Below are positions 1-11,178 of a DNA stretch of 20,424 bases, one piece after another (the stretch's first letter is position 1; every line of letters begins with the position of its first letter). The position numbers and the translations under genes were made by a program. The notes below the pieces were generated by a model that worked only from the letters and a program-made list of their open reading frames with translations, was not told the origin of the DNA and searched no databases. The DNA comes from Perkinsus olseni (taxonomy: Eukaryota). The stretch lies in assembly GCA_013115125.1 (NCBI GenBank), contig JABANN010000066.1, forward strand, positions 62,001 to 82,424. The letters run 5' to 3'.

Positions 1-2
1 CG

Positions 3-2275
3 AGGTCAGTCGGAGCCCCCAGATCCCTGGTTCGCTACTCTCAAGTACGTGGGAGGCCCTATAAAGTCTCCTACGACTCGAGAGCCTTTACGATCGACTA
101 CAACCGCACCCTTCTCCTGGGAGGTTCCGTGCACTACCCTCGTCTTGCAATGGAAGACTGGGGACCTATGCTCAAGAACATGGCTCTGGATGGTTTGAAT
201 CACGTTCAGCTGTATGTCTTCTGGAACGTCCACGAGCCTGAAGCGCCCCAGTATGATCCTGCCACTAAAACTTACAAGCACACGTACGACTTGGAAGGGC
301 GTGCGGACTTGGCAAAATTTATAAAGTTGGCTGGTGACAATGATCTTTTTGTTGACGTTAGAATCGGCCCCTACGTCTTTGCCGAGTTCACTTTTGGAGG
401 TATTCCGGTGTGGACCAAGGACATCCCCGGCATGTGTTACAGATCCATTTGTGGTTGGCACGCTGGGGCGCCTGAGACCTGCGAGCCTTGGAAGACCGGA
501 AGCACTGCGGGTTGCGATCCATGGAGGCAGCAGATGGCCGACTTTGTACTTTTTATAACAGATCTTATAAACAAAAATGGACTTAGTGCTGAACAAGGTG
601 GCCCTGTCATTATGGCACAGATTGAAAATGAGTTTCACTATAACGAACCAGTCGGACAAGCTTACGTGGCTTGGTGTGGCAAACTGGCAGCCAACAGCAA
701 TTTGAATGTACCGTGGGTCATGTGTAATGGTATGTCGGCCAAGGAGACGCTTAACGTATGTAACGCAGATGATTGTGAAGGTTACGTCGCTTGGCACGAC
801 AAGCAGTGGCCCGATCAGCCACTCGGATGGACCGAGGACGAGGGCTGGTTCATCACTTGGGATCCTTACTATTATCTGGCCAACTTCGACAGACCCCCGC
901 AGGAGATGGCCTATGTTGTAGCGAAGTGGGTCGCCCTTGGTGGCAGTCATCACAACTACTACATGTGGTACGGTGGCAACCATATAGGGCAGTGGGGTGC
1001 AGCCTCTTTGACTAATGGCTACGCCCAAGGTGTCAATATCCTCATCAATGGCCTCCCTCATGAACCCAAGAAGTCTCACCTAGCAAGGCTTCACAAGGTC
1101 CTTGGCGCTCTCAACGGCGAGCTTATGAGCGTCGTGGACCGGCGTAGTATCAAACCACAGGACCTTGGGAATGACGTCCAGATGTATCAATGGACGGACA
1201 CCCTCGGGTTCATCCATCGTCCGGCGTGCTCGGGGTATCCGACTTATGTTTACTTTAAAAACCAGAGATATATGGTATCATGTCAAGAAGTCTTGATCGT
1301 CAATCCTCAGGATGGTACGGTGTATTACGCTTCAGCGGAAGTACTGCCTGGAGGGGCTATACAAACCAAGGTTGTGGCAAAGCTGAGCTCGTGGACGGCG
1401 GCACCGGAGAAGTTCCGTCGCGGCATGGGAGTTCGTAAGAGTACCTATCCCGTGGACCAGCTCAGCATCACTGGCCTCGACACCGACTACGTTCTGTATA
1501 AAACCTCGCTCAAGAGCCCAGCGGACAGGTCCGTGGAGCTCACCATTGCATCGAGCTGGTCACAAGCCTTTTATATTTCGATCAATGGTGGCAAGTCTTA
1601 TGAGACAACCATCATGAACATCAACAAGGGCGCTACCAAGTGGAAAGCCACAGCGACTCTGATGGGAGTGCAAGCTGGACCTTATACACCTACGACCTCC
1701 TTTATATTCTATCTGAGAGTCTTGGCGGCATTGAGAATGGCAACGTGGAGTCAGGACTGGCCTCCATGGAGCCTTCCCTCAACAAAGGGATAATCGGGAA
1801 TGTCACTGTGGACGGCGGCAGGTCCATCTATGAAGGCGAGTGGACCATGGTCAAAGGCCTTGACGGGGAGGAGGTCCCGAGAGCTCCCAGAGACGGGCCT
1901 ACTCAATTCATGAACACCAATCCCAAGGTCCCCACATGGTTCCACACCAAGTTCGATCTGCCTCGCTGGAAGAGAACGGAGTGGGGGGTGAGGTCGGTGT
2001 TGCTGAGGCTCCCCAAGGGGCTGCCTAACGACGCTGGGGGCCATCTTTGGTTGAACGGTATGAATCTTGGACGCTGGCGATCCACCCTCCAGCCGAGGAC
2101 CGGCGACTATGTCCAGCCAGAGTACAGACTACCGGCTGATGCACTCGTGGTTGGCACTAACCGCCTAGCGGTTTTCAGCGCCACTGGTGACTGGGATTCG
2201 TCCACCACGGAGGAGGGCAGGGCCAAGGTTGTCGAGAGCTGCTACATTCCAGCGGAGAAGGCTGCATTGCATTAA
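3..2275 (+). CDS. Glycoside hydrolase family 35 beta-galactosidase, 5'-truncated by the window, with a frameshift at about 1682-1691
   Basis: The frame of ORF 129..1793 is open from position 3 and reads VSYDSRAFTIDYNRTLLLGGSVHYPR, the GH35 N-terminus. It carries YVFWNVHEP, RIGPYVFAEFTFGGIPVW, QIENE (acid/base Glu), WTEDEGWF (nucleophile region) and NYYMWYGGNH. C-terminal beta-domain motifs (ILSESLG..NG, PTWFHTKFDLP, GGHLWLNGMNLGRW) are in the 1640..2275 frame. No introns seen. Confidence 0.93.
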
Positions 2276-3465
2276 AGATTGTTTGCGTGGAACTCAAGCT
2301 GGATTTCTTTCGCTTTTCGTTACTATTAATGTCTCCATGTATTTGGTCCACACTGGGGCAACCTTGGTGATACGATATTATATCTTCGGCAAGCTGATAG
2401 TGGGTGTACGTGCCGTATTTAAATCGTCTCAATAGGGTCGCTTGCCTCCCTTTATAGGGCCTCATAACTTTATGTTCGAAAAGTGATTCATAAAGCAACA
2501 GTACTCGTTATTAGGTCGAGTTTGAAGACATGAGGGTGTGAATGACTGTGGGGACCATTCTAAGCCGCCTAGGAGCTGAACAAGCTTAGCAACCTCGGTC
2601 CGCAGTACTGAACGGCGTAATGAGCAGTGGGTGAATCCGTATCTGTGCTACCCACTATTTGTACCAGCCTTCCCTTGCACGAGCAAATACGCAGGTGTAG
2701 TCTGCATCGACCAGCCTACAGTCACTGATGCATTGTACAGTTCATTGTCTTCGCGTGTTAAACCTCGACTCGAACACAAGGCACCACAAGATTGGGCTAT
2801 CATCTTGACTCAGTGGTTACAACAAGCAGATATACAGCAATATCCATATACAGCCGCCGACTTGGCACGACAGGGCACTATGCCGATATGCATCAACCAA
2901 TTGGACGCTCAACCTGCCCCCGTACGAAGAGAGAATAAAAATCGGTGTGTTGGGCACACTCGCGAGAGTAACTGGTCTGAGCGTCAGTTTGGATGGAACT
3001 GATGGTCAGACCGCCCACAAGAGTCCTGCAACGGGCTGACACTTGCGGCTAGCTGAGACCGACAGAGTTGTGTGCCAAACACGAGTAGGAGGACGAGTAA
3101 GGTGCGGTAACGACTCCGGCTCGAACTGTATCTCCAAGCACACGTGCTTTCTAACTCGATTCACGAGGCCGCCTTGCAGTCTTCAACACAACCCCACAAC
3201 ATGCGAATGGCAGTCGCTCATGGGATCATTGTTCGAAGTAGGGGCGTTGCCTCTGACGGCGATTAGGCGCTACGAGCATTGATGATGGTTTACCTCGTCG
3301 TCCAATGCGCGAGCACGAAGCTATCCCGTATGACAACGAAAAACGTGATCATGAAACGGGGAGAAAATGACAAGACAGATGTCGTCGGGTCTATTATGAG
3401 ATACGGTGCCGGAGCATATGAACGTGTGCATGGTCTATGGTACAGACCTTGGGGGAATCATCACG

Positions 3466-3822
3466 CTACGCACCGCCGCCTCCGCTCGTGCTGCTGCTGC
3501 TGGCTGATAGAATATCTGATACTTTGCCGTACAGGGGTGGTGCCAGGAGCTTATTCAAAGGATAGGAGACAAGCCTACGAATAACACATCGAGAGAGCCT
3601 CAAGTGACGTGTTTACAACTGAACTTACCCCTCGGCCGTCTCGCATACGACCTTATCTCCGGAGATTTCCTTGATCTGCCTGACCATTGCTGCATCATCC
3701 ACGTCATCATCGGTGGACCGAAGATACCGTTCGACTATCTCCTCCGACAGCCGTGGTCTCGGATATTGTAGGAGCCAGCAACTTTCCGGGTTCTCCTTCG
3801 TTTTTGGCGGAGAGCTGGCCAT
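3466..3822 (-). CDS. Small two-exon hypothetical protein (about 100 aa)
   Basis: ORF 3822->3625 ends at GAG GG|GTAAG. A 54-nt intron (3628->3575) ends ttcgtAG, and splicing continues in frame as GLVSYPLNKLLAPPLYGKVSDILSASSSSTSGGGGA* to TAG at 3468-3466. No family recognised. Confidence 0.55.
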
Positions 3823-3981
3823 TTCAATATCAATTCATCAATCACTGTGAGGAACCTCATACGTAACGATTCCCAACGAGAGCCCAACATCAGGCTAGTT
3901 TTAGGCTAGGGTCGCGCTAGGTCTGAGCTCAGCTACTTTTCAAGCAGGAGATTAAGCACTCTATCCCTCTCCGGAGTCGAT

Positions 3982-5301
3982 ATGGCTATCGATTTTTTTG
4001 CCGTTACTCCAGCGGGGCTATCAAGAATTCACGTCAAGGTAAGACTTGTCAATAAAATTTGGCGGACATCACATCTTGACGAGATTAACGAACACCGAAT
4101 GGAGTCCACTGTTGAGCCGTAGTACTAAGTAGTCGCGAACAGCTATCCTGATGTTCATCGCTGCCTCCAGATATCGCACCGGCACAGGTGTGTTACTCAC
4201 TTGGTTTCATCGTTATTTGCGTATTCTTGGCAGTGCGAACGACAGCTCCCCGGCAATTGGCCGCTACTGCGGCGCGAGTAAAAACAACACATGCAACAGA
4301 AACCACTCACACTCTCAAATGGTCATGGAGTCGACCACGGAAGCCACAACGGCGCCTTTATTCACTACCAATCCGACGACTCGCATGATTGTTTATCGGC
4401 ATGCACACCGGCGGCACTCTTGGGGCAGAATGACGTGACTGATTGTACCATCTACGGCTTGATGTATGAAAGGACTTCAATCTGTTCTGATGACGAGGAA
4501 GCGCCACGGTGTCGAAACAACGTTGCAATCACTCACGAGACGACAACGATGTATAAAAAGTCCCGGGGTAGTTATCTTCGACCTAAGGCAAGCTATCGAC
4601 ATGACTCCCACCAGCTTAAGCCGTCGTTCGCGGTATCGAGATTGCCAACAATTACGAGTCATCCGGCCCAGCGCGGGAGAGGCCTGTCGTGTCCAAGAGG
4701 GCGACACCCATTCATGATCGCGGGATCCTGTGATTACCTACCGGTGTAGCAGACGAAACGTCCAATGTCCCGCGAATGAGATGCCATGAATGTGTCGAGT
4801 TATCGATTACTCGGGCGAGCGCTCATGCCCTATTCCGATGATGATGTGAGAAGTTTGTTGGGCACGCATGAGCACAAGCCGGTCCTTAACGCCGGGAACA
4901 GCGGTCGCGTCTGCTCAACTAAAAGCAAGGTCTACTCCACCAGCCCTCTCACTTAGTTTACCAGGAGCCAAGAGAAGCCAAGGAAGCCAAGGCTCATTTG
5001 CATTAGGAGGTGGTAGTACAGCTAGCAACAGCAGGAACCGTCCTCAATCATCGTCAGCGAGCAAAAGGCTAGCTCCACCAAGGTATGCTTATATCAATTT
5101 AACTGAGCATTCGCGATGGTGTGGTATGATCAGGTCTCGTACATCCAACCGGTCGTCGCAACCCTTACCACAAGGCTCAGTCGGAGTATCTTCACCTCCA
5201 TCGGAAGTACTATCTATATAGAGTGTCTATCATCATCTTCGTATATCAGCACCCGGCCATCAGAGCAGCTAGACGTACCAGAAAAGAGCGTCGAGAACTA
5301 A
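3982..5301 (+). CDS. Possible multi-exon, low-complexity Ser/Arg-rich hypothetical gene (structure unresolved)
   Basis: ATG at 3982 gives MAIDFFAVTPAGLSRIHVK followed by GTAAG. S/R-rich ORFs lie at 4291..4749 and 4868..5221, and there is a plausible 51-nt GT-AG intron at 5083..5133. No complete consistent model could be built. Confidence 0.25.
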
Positions 5302-5443
5302 AAGGTAGCCGTCATGGAAGGGGTCTCGAGCACACAAGGGGATATCCGCCGTATCGTTGGTAGGTTTTATTACTTGCTTCTCCCACTTCTCGGAGATTTG
5401 CCAAACTAACTGCAGCGTTTTTTGTATCGGCGTGAAAGACAGT

Positions 5444-7817
5444 ATGCTCAACTTTGTTCAAAGCATATTTAAGTAGTGATGACGGGCGACCGCATGCGAG
5501 CATCGTATGTCTGTCCATTGCAGGCCTTCGGGCTATAAAAAGCAAAAACCACAGGAGCTGGTCAAACAGATGGCGGATGAGCTAGAGGCTCTTCCCGACG
5601 TCATTGAAGAGACCGCCAACACTAACTCGGTTACTGGAATGACGGTAGTGCGTTTGGCAGCCCTGCGGAGAGCTGTGGTCTTCTCAGTCGAAACCATCAG
5701 TCCTTGCATCATCCCAGGTATCGCTATCAACGTCGAAGTCGTTCCAACGGAGTCCCTCGTCAGCTGGCGAGAATGAAACCAAGAAATATGCCCCGGTACG
5801 AGTCCTTCAGCGTGTACCGTCATTGTTGCTATTCTCAGTTGGAAGATTTCCTAGCGGCAGCAGTCATTCCTAGCGACGGTCGTACTTCTGCTGCAGGGGA
5901 CCACAAGCCAGATACCCACGCAGGCCCGCCAACACAGGTGGTCACATTGGAGGAGGCAGCATGTTTTTCGGAATGCGCTGGCTCCCTCAGTTCGGTAATG
6001 TTACTAGTACGCGTAAGCCGCCGAAACCGGAGGAAATCGAGAAAGTCGTGAACCAGAGTCTACAGTAATATTCTAGAGGTGTCGATGATGCTATTACTGT
6101 GATGATCAGGAGTAACCTCCTGTTGAAGATAGCTCGTCACATTGCGGTGGCCTGCCCGGAGCTTAGACGATCATGCGTCCAGGTAGTTGATACTCGAGTA
6201 GTGGCGCTGTATATGATTTATTGGATGTCGGGGTTAGGTTTGGGGTCACCTATTGAAGCTGGAGTCGCCTAAGAACCACGAGAAGGTCAACCTAGCGTAT
6301 CTTATGACTCATCCGGATTGTATGAGGGTAGTAGAGGGGAATCGTTGGAATCTGTGCCGCTACTGTAGATTCCGTTGTGTGGAGGTGTGCCAATCGTTTT
6401 CTGACACCTCTAGCTGCGTCCAATGATCTGCCCCTTGTCTTCTACTCAGTGTCTGGTGTCGTGCTACAGCATACCCGACTGTTCTATCCATGTTGGAGTG
6501 ATGATTCGCGATGCATGTAAATTTCATGATGTAGTGCAGTCCCAGATGTTCAACTCTGGTGAGTCTCACGACGCATAGCCTCCCTGGACCGTTCCGATAT
6601 TTGCACTCTCGCTGTAGGTCTCATATACCAGTTGTTTGACGTTCTGCACTCGCACAACTTCGATACGCAGGCTGACGGCTTCGAGACCTTGAAGGAGGTA
6701 GTAGAGGGCGGTGGTCTTCGTAGTCGTTGACATGGGAGTCGGGAATATTATACTGCCGATCAGCGTCGAGAGCCTTGGGCTAGGGGCGGCGATGGTGTCT
6801 TTTTTAGGTTCTGATGAATCACAAGGACGTATCGGTTCGCTGGTTACTTGATAATTTTGACGAGTTCTTCAATCGGTATGTAACTTGGGTGGGGCCATCT
6901 GTCCCTGTGGTAGATTCTCGCTCATTATGACTATACTCAAGGTACCAGGAGCTGTTAGATGTTTCGTCGGGTGATACGCAGTACGTCACAGTCCGTCAGT
7001 CACTCAAGTTACTGGGAGACATTTTACTGGACAGACCTTTTATGAAGGTAGTGGCCAGCCGAGGGTCGCCGGGGTAGAGATAGCGGTATAGTTTTCAAAC
7101 TTGGTGAGAGTAGTGTCTTCGATGCCGTGCTGAATCTGAGACAGCGAGGTCGGTATCTTGGGGTATATATTGCGGCTTGGGCTCTATGATATCAGAGTGG
7201 ACGCGAATGAGAATTGCGTCATTTCCTGATTTTGACGTTCATTGGGACTCAGGTAATGGTACGATTCGTTAACGAAGAGCGGTACTTGAAGTCGGTCATG
7301 ATACTGCTTGGAGATAGCTCGAAAGCTGTACAAGTGGAAGCGTTCCACGTCTTCAAGATCTTCGCGGCGAATCCTCACAAGGCGCCAGCGGTAGGCGAGC
7401 AGAGGGCTGCGGAGAACAGAAAGGAGTTCCTCCATCAGGTGCAACAGATCCTCTACCAGAATCGAACCAGACTTATAAAATTGCTTGATAAATTAGAGAT
7501 GGCCGTTATTTCGAGCACTGGTGTGCACAAGTCGCAGAGCGAAGAAAAGCAGTTTGTTGCGGATAAGGTGAGCGGCGGTACGGGTTGGTGATGAGACGGT
7601 ATCGAGTGTGAATCCCTCTCAGCAAGCCGTCGTGAACAAGTTGGAGAAGCTGACGATGCCAGAGAGGATCGGCCATCATCATCACGGGCAACAGCAGAGA
7701 GATTCGTCCAGCGGCTCACCTGAGAGTGAGAGGCGGTCCTTGAAGTCTCAGCAGCAAAAGTCAGCAGCGGCGGCAGAGACTTCGGGGGTACCCGGTCGGG
7801 CCCGCTCTGCTGTGTAG
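5444..7817 (+). CDS. MO25: MO25 / calcium-binding protein 39 family kinase scaffold, 14 exons, about 472 aa
   Basis: Hand-built exons: 5444-5472, 5524-5644, 5688-5795, 5839-5937, 5991-6064, 6110-6182, 6238-6327, 6450-6558, 6618-6697, 6808-6875, 6942-7047, 7253-7390, 7439-7567, 7623-7817. All junctions are GT-AG and phase-compatible. The translation has the MO25 signatures KPQELVKQM, NFDTQADGFETLKE, YVTVRQSLKLLGDILLDR and VMILLGDSSKAVQVEAFHVFKIFAANPHK. Confidence 0.93.
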
Positions 7818-8571
7818 TTTTGTTCATCAACATACCCCTATCAATTGCCGGTTTGCGTTTGTGGAATATTTTTTATTGTAGTAATGCGGAAGTCGTTGAG
7901 ACGTGTACGAAAGAAGTGTAAATTTGTCCCTAGCAGCCGCCTACTGTTTCCTGCGTACCGTGATACTTAAGAAGGGCAGCTTGCGTTGGTTAATCCCAAT
8001 CGACGTCTGCACGATCGATTTCGAGGTTTGTAATAACAGCCATGTCTTTCAACTTCAGGTGGTGGACATTTTTTCGCTTCCGTTTCAAACTCCCATATTA
8101 GTTTGATCCATTTCGAAGTCGATTTCTGAGCAAGTTTAGCGTAACCGGAAGTTGTCTAATCATTGCCAAGTTTCGGCATTTCAGTCGACTCGCACACCCA
8201 AGCCGAACGCACTGTCTGAGACCGTTCGACAAACATTGAATTGATCGGGAAGTGGTGTAGTCTGATGGCTTGGCAGTTGCTAGTCGTGTATGACATTACC
8301 ATCTCTCATCATATCACCATGTTGTGGCAAGAGGGATAAGAGCATCGCTGGAGTCCGCAGGAGTAGCAGCAGGATTGACAGGTCCACGCTTCATGTGGGT
8401 CCCCTCAATCATCATAATTGGCTGCAGTTGCGAGGTTTGCTCTGCACGAGTGCTGCTATGAGGCTCCAAGCCGTTGGGGTCTAATTCAATATTGGTGTTT
8501 GTCACCCTGGGGTCTACCGAAATTGTTGGTTGAAAGTAGTGCTTGGACTACTCGTCCCGAGCAAGTAGCGC

Positions 8572-9278
8572 ATGGAGGCCTTCCGGACTATCTGTTATCA
8601 GGGTACTGAACAGACGCTTACATCCCTGGCTTGGAAGAGCGTCAACTCTGATGGCTCAGCCTTCATGACGAGCGCGGAGCAGCACACCATTAGTCGTCAA
8701 TCCAGCGTGGAGATCGACAAGGACTCTCTCGAAGACGGGCGGCAGGAGGCAGACTCCCTCATTGACAGAGTCATAGAGGACTCGTTACATAACGAGTTGG
8801 AGAGTAGCCGAGGGCCGGCCTAGCAGAAACCACCAGAGTTGGTTCTCAGATGCAACTGTTGATGACGACGGGGAGTTCAATGTCAGCATCCATCGGTCTC
8901 GTAGGTTACCGGGCTAGTCGACTTCAGCTCGCTTATGTCACATGGCGGTTGTAGGTAGCGCTTTCAGTGAGGGAAGTCTGGGGCTGAGGATGTCTTCACA
9001 CGAGAGTGGCTGCCATTTGATTATTGACTCGGTCAATAATGGAGGGAGCATCGCTGAGTGGAATAAGAACTGTCCCGAGTTAGCGCTGCAGGAGGGCGAT
9101 GAAATCGTCGGGGTAATGCCACCGGGGCTCGAATGCGCCCCCTTTCTCGGATCAGTCGTTTGCTCGGCCCCTTTGTCAGATTAATGAGATTCGCGGGAAC
9201 TCCTCTCGAATGCTGAGCGAGTGTGCGGGTGGGAAGAATGCCCTGCGGCTCAGCATCAGGCGTCGTCGTACAGCCTAG
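8572..9278 (+). CDS. Single-PDZ-domain protein A, 4 exons, about 179 aa
   Basis: Exons 8572-8803, 8850-8900, 8955-9112, 9180-9278 are phase-compatible. The C-terminal domain reads EFNVSIHRS...GSLGLRM...LIIDSVNNGGSIAEWN...LQEGDEIVGINEIRG...LRLSIRR, which fits the PDZ pattern (GLGF-like loop, L-x-x-GD-x-I-x-x-V/I-N). Confidence 0.8.
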
Positions 9279-9425
9279 TGAGTGTCGTACCTGTTGCTGC
9301 TCTTGTTCACCATGGTTTGTTACCAGTATTAACCTTCGTGTCACCCTGAGGGAGTCGTGTTGTAGTGTCTTGAGGTGATCTTGGCGGACCATGTGGCGAT
9401 CATCACTTGCTCTTGCATCGTCCAC

Positions 9426-10058
9426 ATGGGAGCAAACAACTGCTGCGATCGCGAAGCGGCCGACGAAACGGCCAAGACTAGTAGCGAAGTCGTAGCGGTG
9501 CACGGAGATTCGTCAAACGCCTTCGATGCCTCTACCTCGGGATACAGGGAAGCGCCACCGAGCATCAGCGAGTATGGTGGCGGTGACCTCAGTATGGAGG
9601 CATCAGTGATTGAGGCATCGCCGCCGTTAGGGGTCGGTCAGCTTCTACTACTCCCAGAGTGGATAGCTGTTCCTTGCTTAGCCCTTGCCGGGGGTCGAGT
9701 CTCGAGGCAAGAAGATGTGGATCGTGACTATAGAGAAGGGCGGTGAGTACAGGCTGACTGGGATAAGCGGATACGTTGGCAGGATCGCGGCTTGGCATTG
9801 ACGTTGATCATAACGACCCCAGCTATCTACTTGTTGAAGGAGTCACCGGTGGAGTCGTCGGAGCATACAATAGCGACCATCCAGCAGAGGCGCTCGAACC
9901 TGGTGACCACATCGTAGAGGTGAGCTACCACCGCAGGCCCGTCACAGATGGCCTCCTTCTAGGTCAATGGTGTCCGGGGCGACTCCCTTGGAATGATCAC
10001 TCGATGCAAGGCGGATGATCGGCTTACTATGAGCGTTGAACGGGAGTTCTCTCGATGA
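9426..10058 (+). CDS. Single-PDZ-domain protein B with N-terminal MGxxxCC acylation motif, 4 exons, about 166 aa
   Basis: Exons 9426-9632, 9682-9742, 9783-9919, 9963-10058 are phase-compatible. The protein starts MGANNCC. The PDZ domain reads WIVTIEKGGSRLGIDVD...LLVEGVTGGVVGAYN...LEPGDHIVEVNGVRG...LTMSVER. Confidence 0.82.
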
Positions 10059-10158
10059 TGATGATGGCCATACTTTTCATTGTGTGTGATAGTGTTTCTT
10101 GATCTCGAAGTTTAAGACTGGTAGCAGTGCATGGCCACTACTCTTTGATACCACACAG

Positions 10159-10660
10159 GTTGAGTTAACAAGGCTCCTCCAAATGCCGTGCAATGATCCT
10201 GAGCGGTGTTGTTTCGCGTCAGCCATGGACTCTCTAGCCACTACTGGAGATGATGAGGATGTGACGAATGAGTTTCTCCTCTCTATTCGAAGGGCTGGGA
10301 AAAGAGGACTTGGCCCTGATGGTGGGCCTGTAGACATACTCTATGAAGGTTCCATTCTGAAGGGAAGGTGTATCTCCTAGCAAGCCGCTTCGTGGTGACA
10401 CCCAGCTCAGGTTCCGCATGGAGGTACCCGGGAATGGTGAACTGAAGCTATCCTTCGCTTTGGATGAGGCCCGAAGTGAACCTGCCCAATTCGTGTTCAT
10501 ACAAGAGCTCATCACAGCCGTAGCCGTTGACCTCGGCAGGACGCCTGCTTGGGACGGCTTCCTGTGTTGTGAGAATGGGAAGACAGGCTCTGAAGGTGGA
10601 GTCCTCGTGGCCTTCGCGACGAAGGATGACATAGAGAAAACAGCAACGAGATTTGCCGAG
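10159..10660 (+). CDS. Hypothetical spliced protein, partial model
   Basis: Two coding-like stretches (about 10159-10320 and 10381-10660) follow AG acceptors and end near GT donors. I could not join them with a phase-compatible GT-AG intron. Confidence 0.3.
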
Positions 10661-11178
10661 GTACATTCAAACCAGCGATCTCGACTACACCATATGTCGA
10701 CCGATTCCATGCTCTGTCATGACGGTCTCATCTATTTCTATTTTAATTCTAGAAGATCAAATCGGATGTATCGGATAATATTTTTCCACTTCCGTTTCGT
10801 GAATATCCATTTTGAGAATATCGGGCCGTTATGACGAACCTTGGAATCGATCGGTAAATGATGAATAATGTCCCCTGAACTCAGGTATTAAGATGGTGTC
10901 TTACCTGCCGTCTTGGCGACGCCCCAGTGACCAAGGTAGAGAACTTAGTGCGAACTACTCCATTAGCGGCACTACTCGCTTCCATGGAGGCAACGCCTTT
11001 TCACAATTAGTACAGCATGAATAGTAAAATAGTAGCCTTGAGTTGCCCCCAGTTTGACTATGAACGCAAGGGTGAAGAGAGCGATGCGGAATATGTAGTC
11101 ATCGTTGAGACGACGTAAACAGGGCTTGTTACTTCACAGATGTGGATGTATTGACCATGCATCCTGATGTTGAAAAAA

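Noticed and set aside
6-1079. 357-aa minus-strand ORF
   Set aside because: Antisense shadow of the GH35 gene with no recognisable motifs.
2500-3460. Short ORFs 2631..3002, 3043..3282 and 3279..3584
   Set aside because: Non-ATG starts, no motifs and no consistent splice model; treated as intergenic.
3891-3932. GCTAG/TTAGG-like short repeats
   Set aside because: Irregular with only three or four units; not a telomeric or satellite tract.
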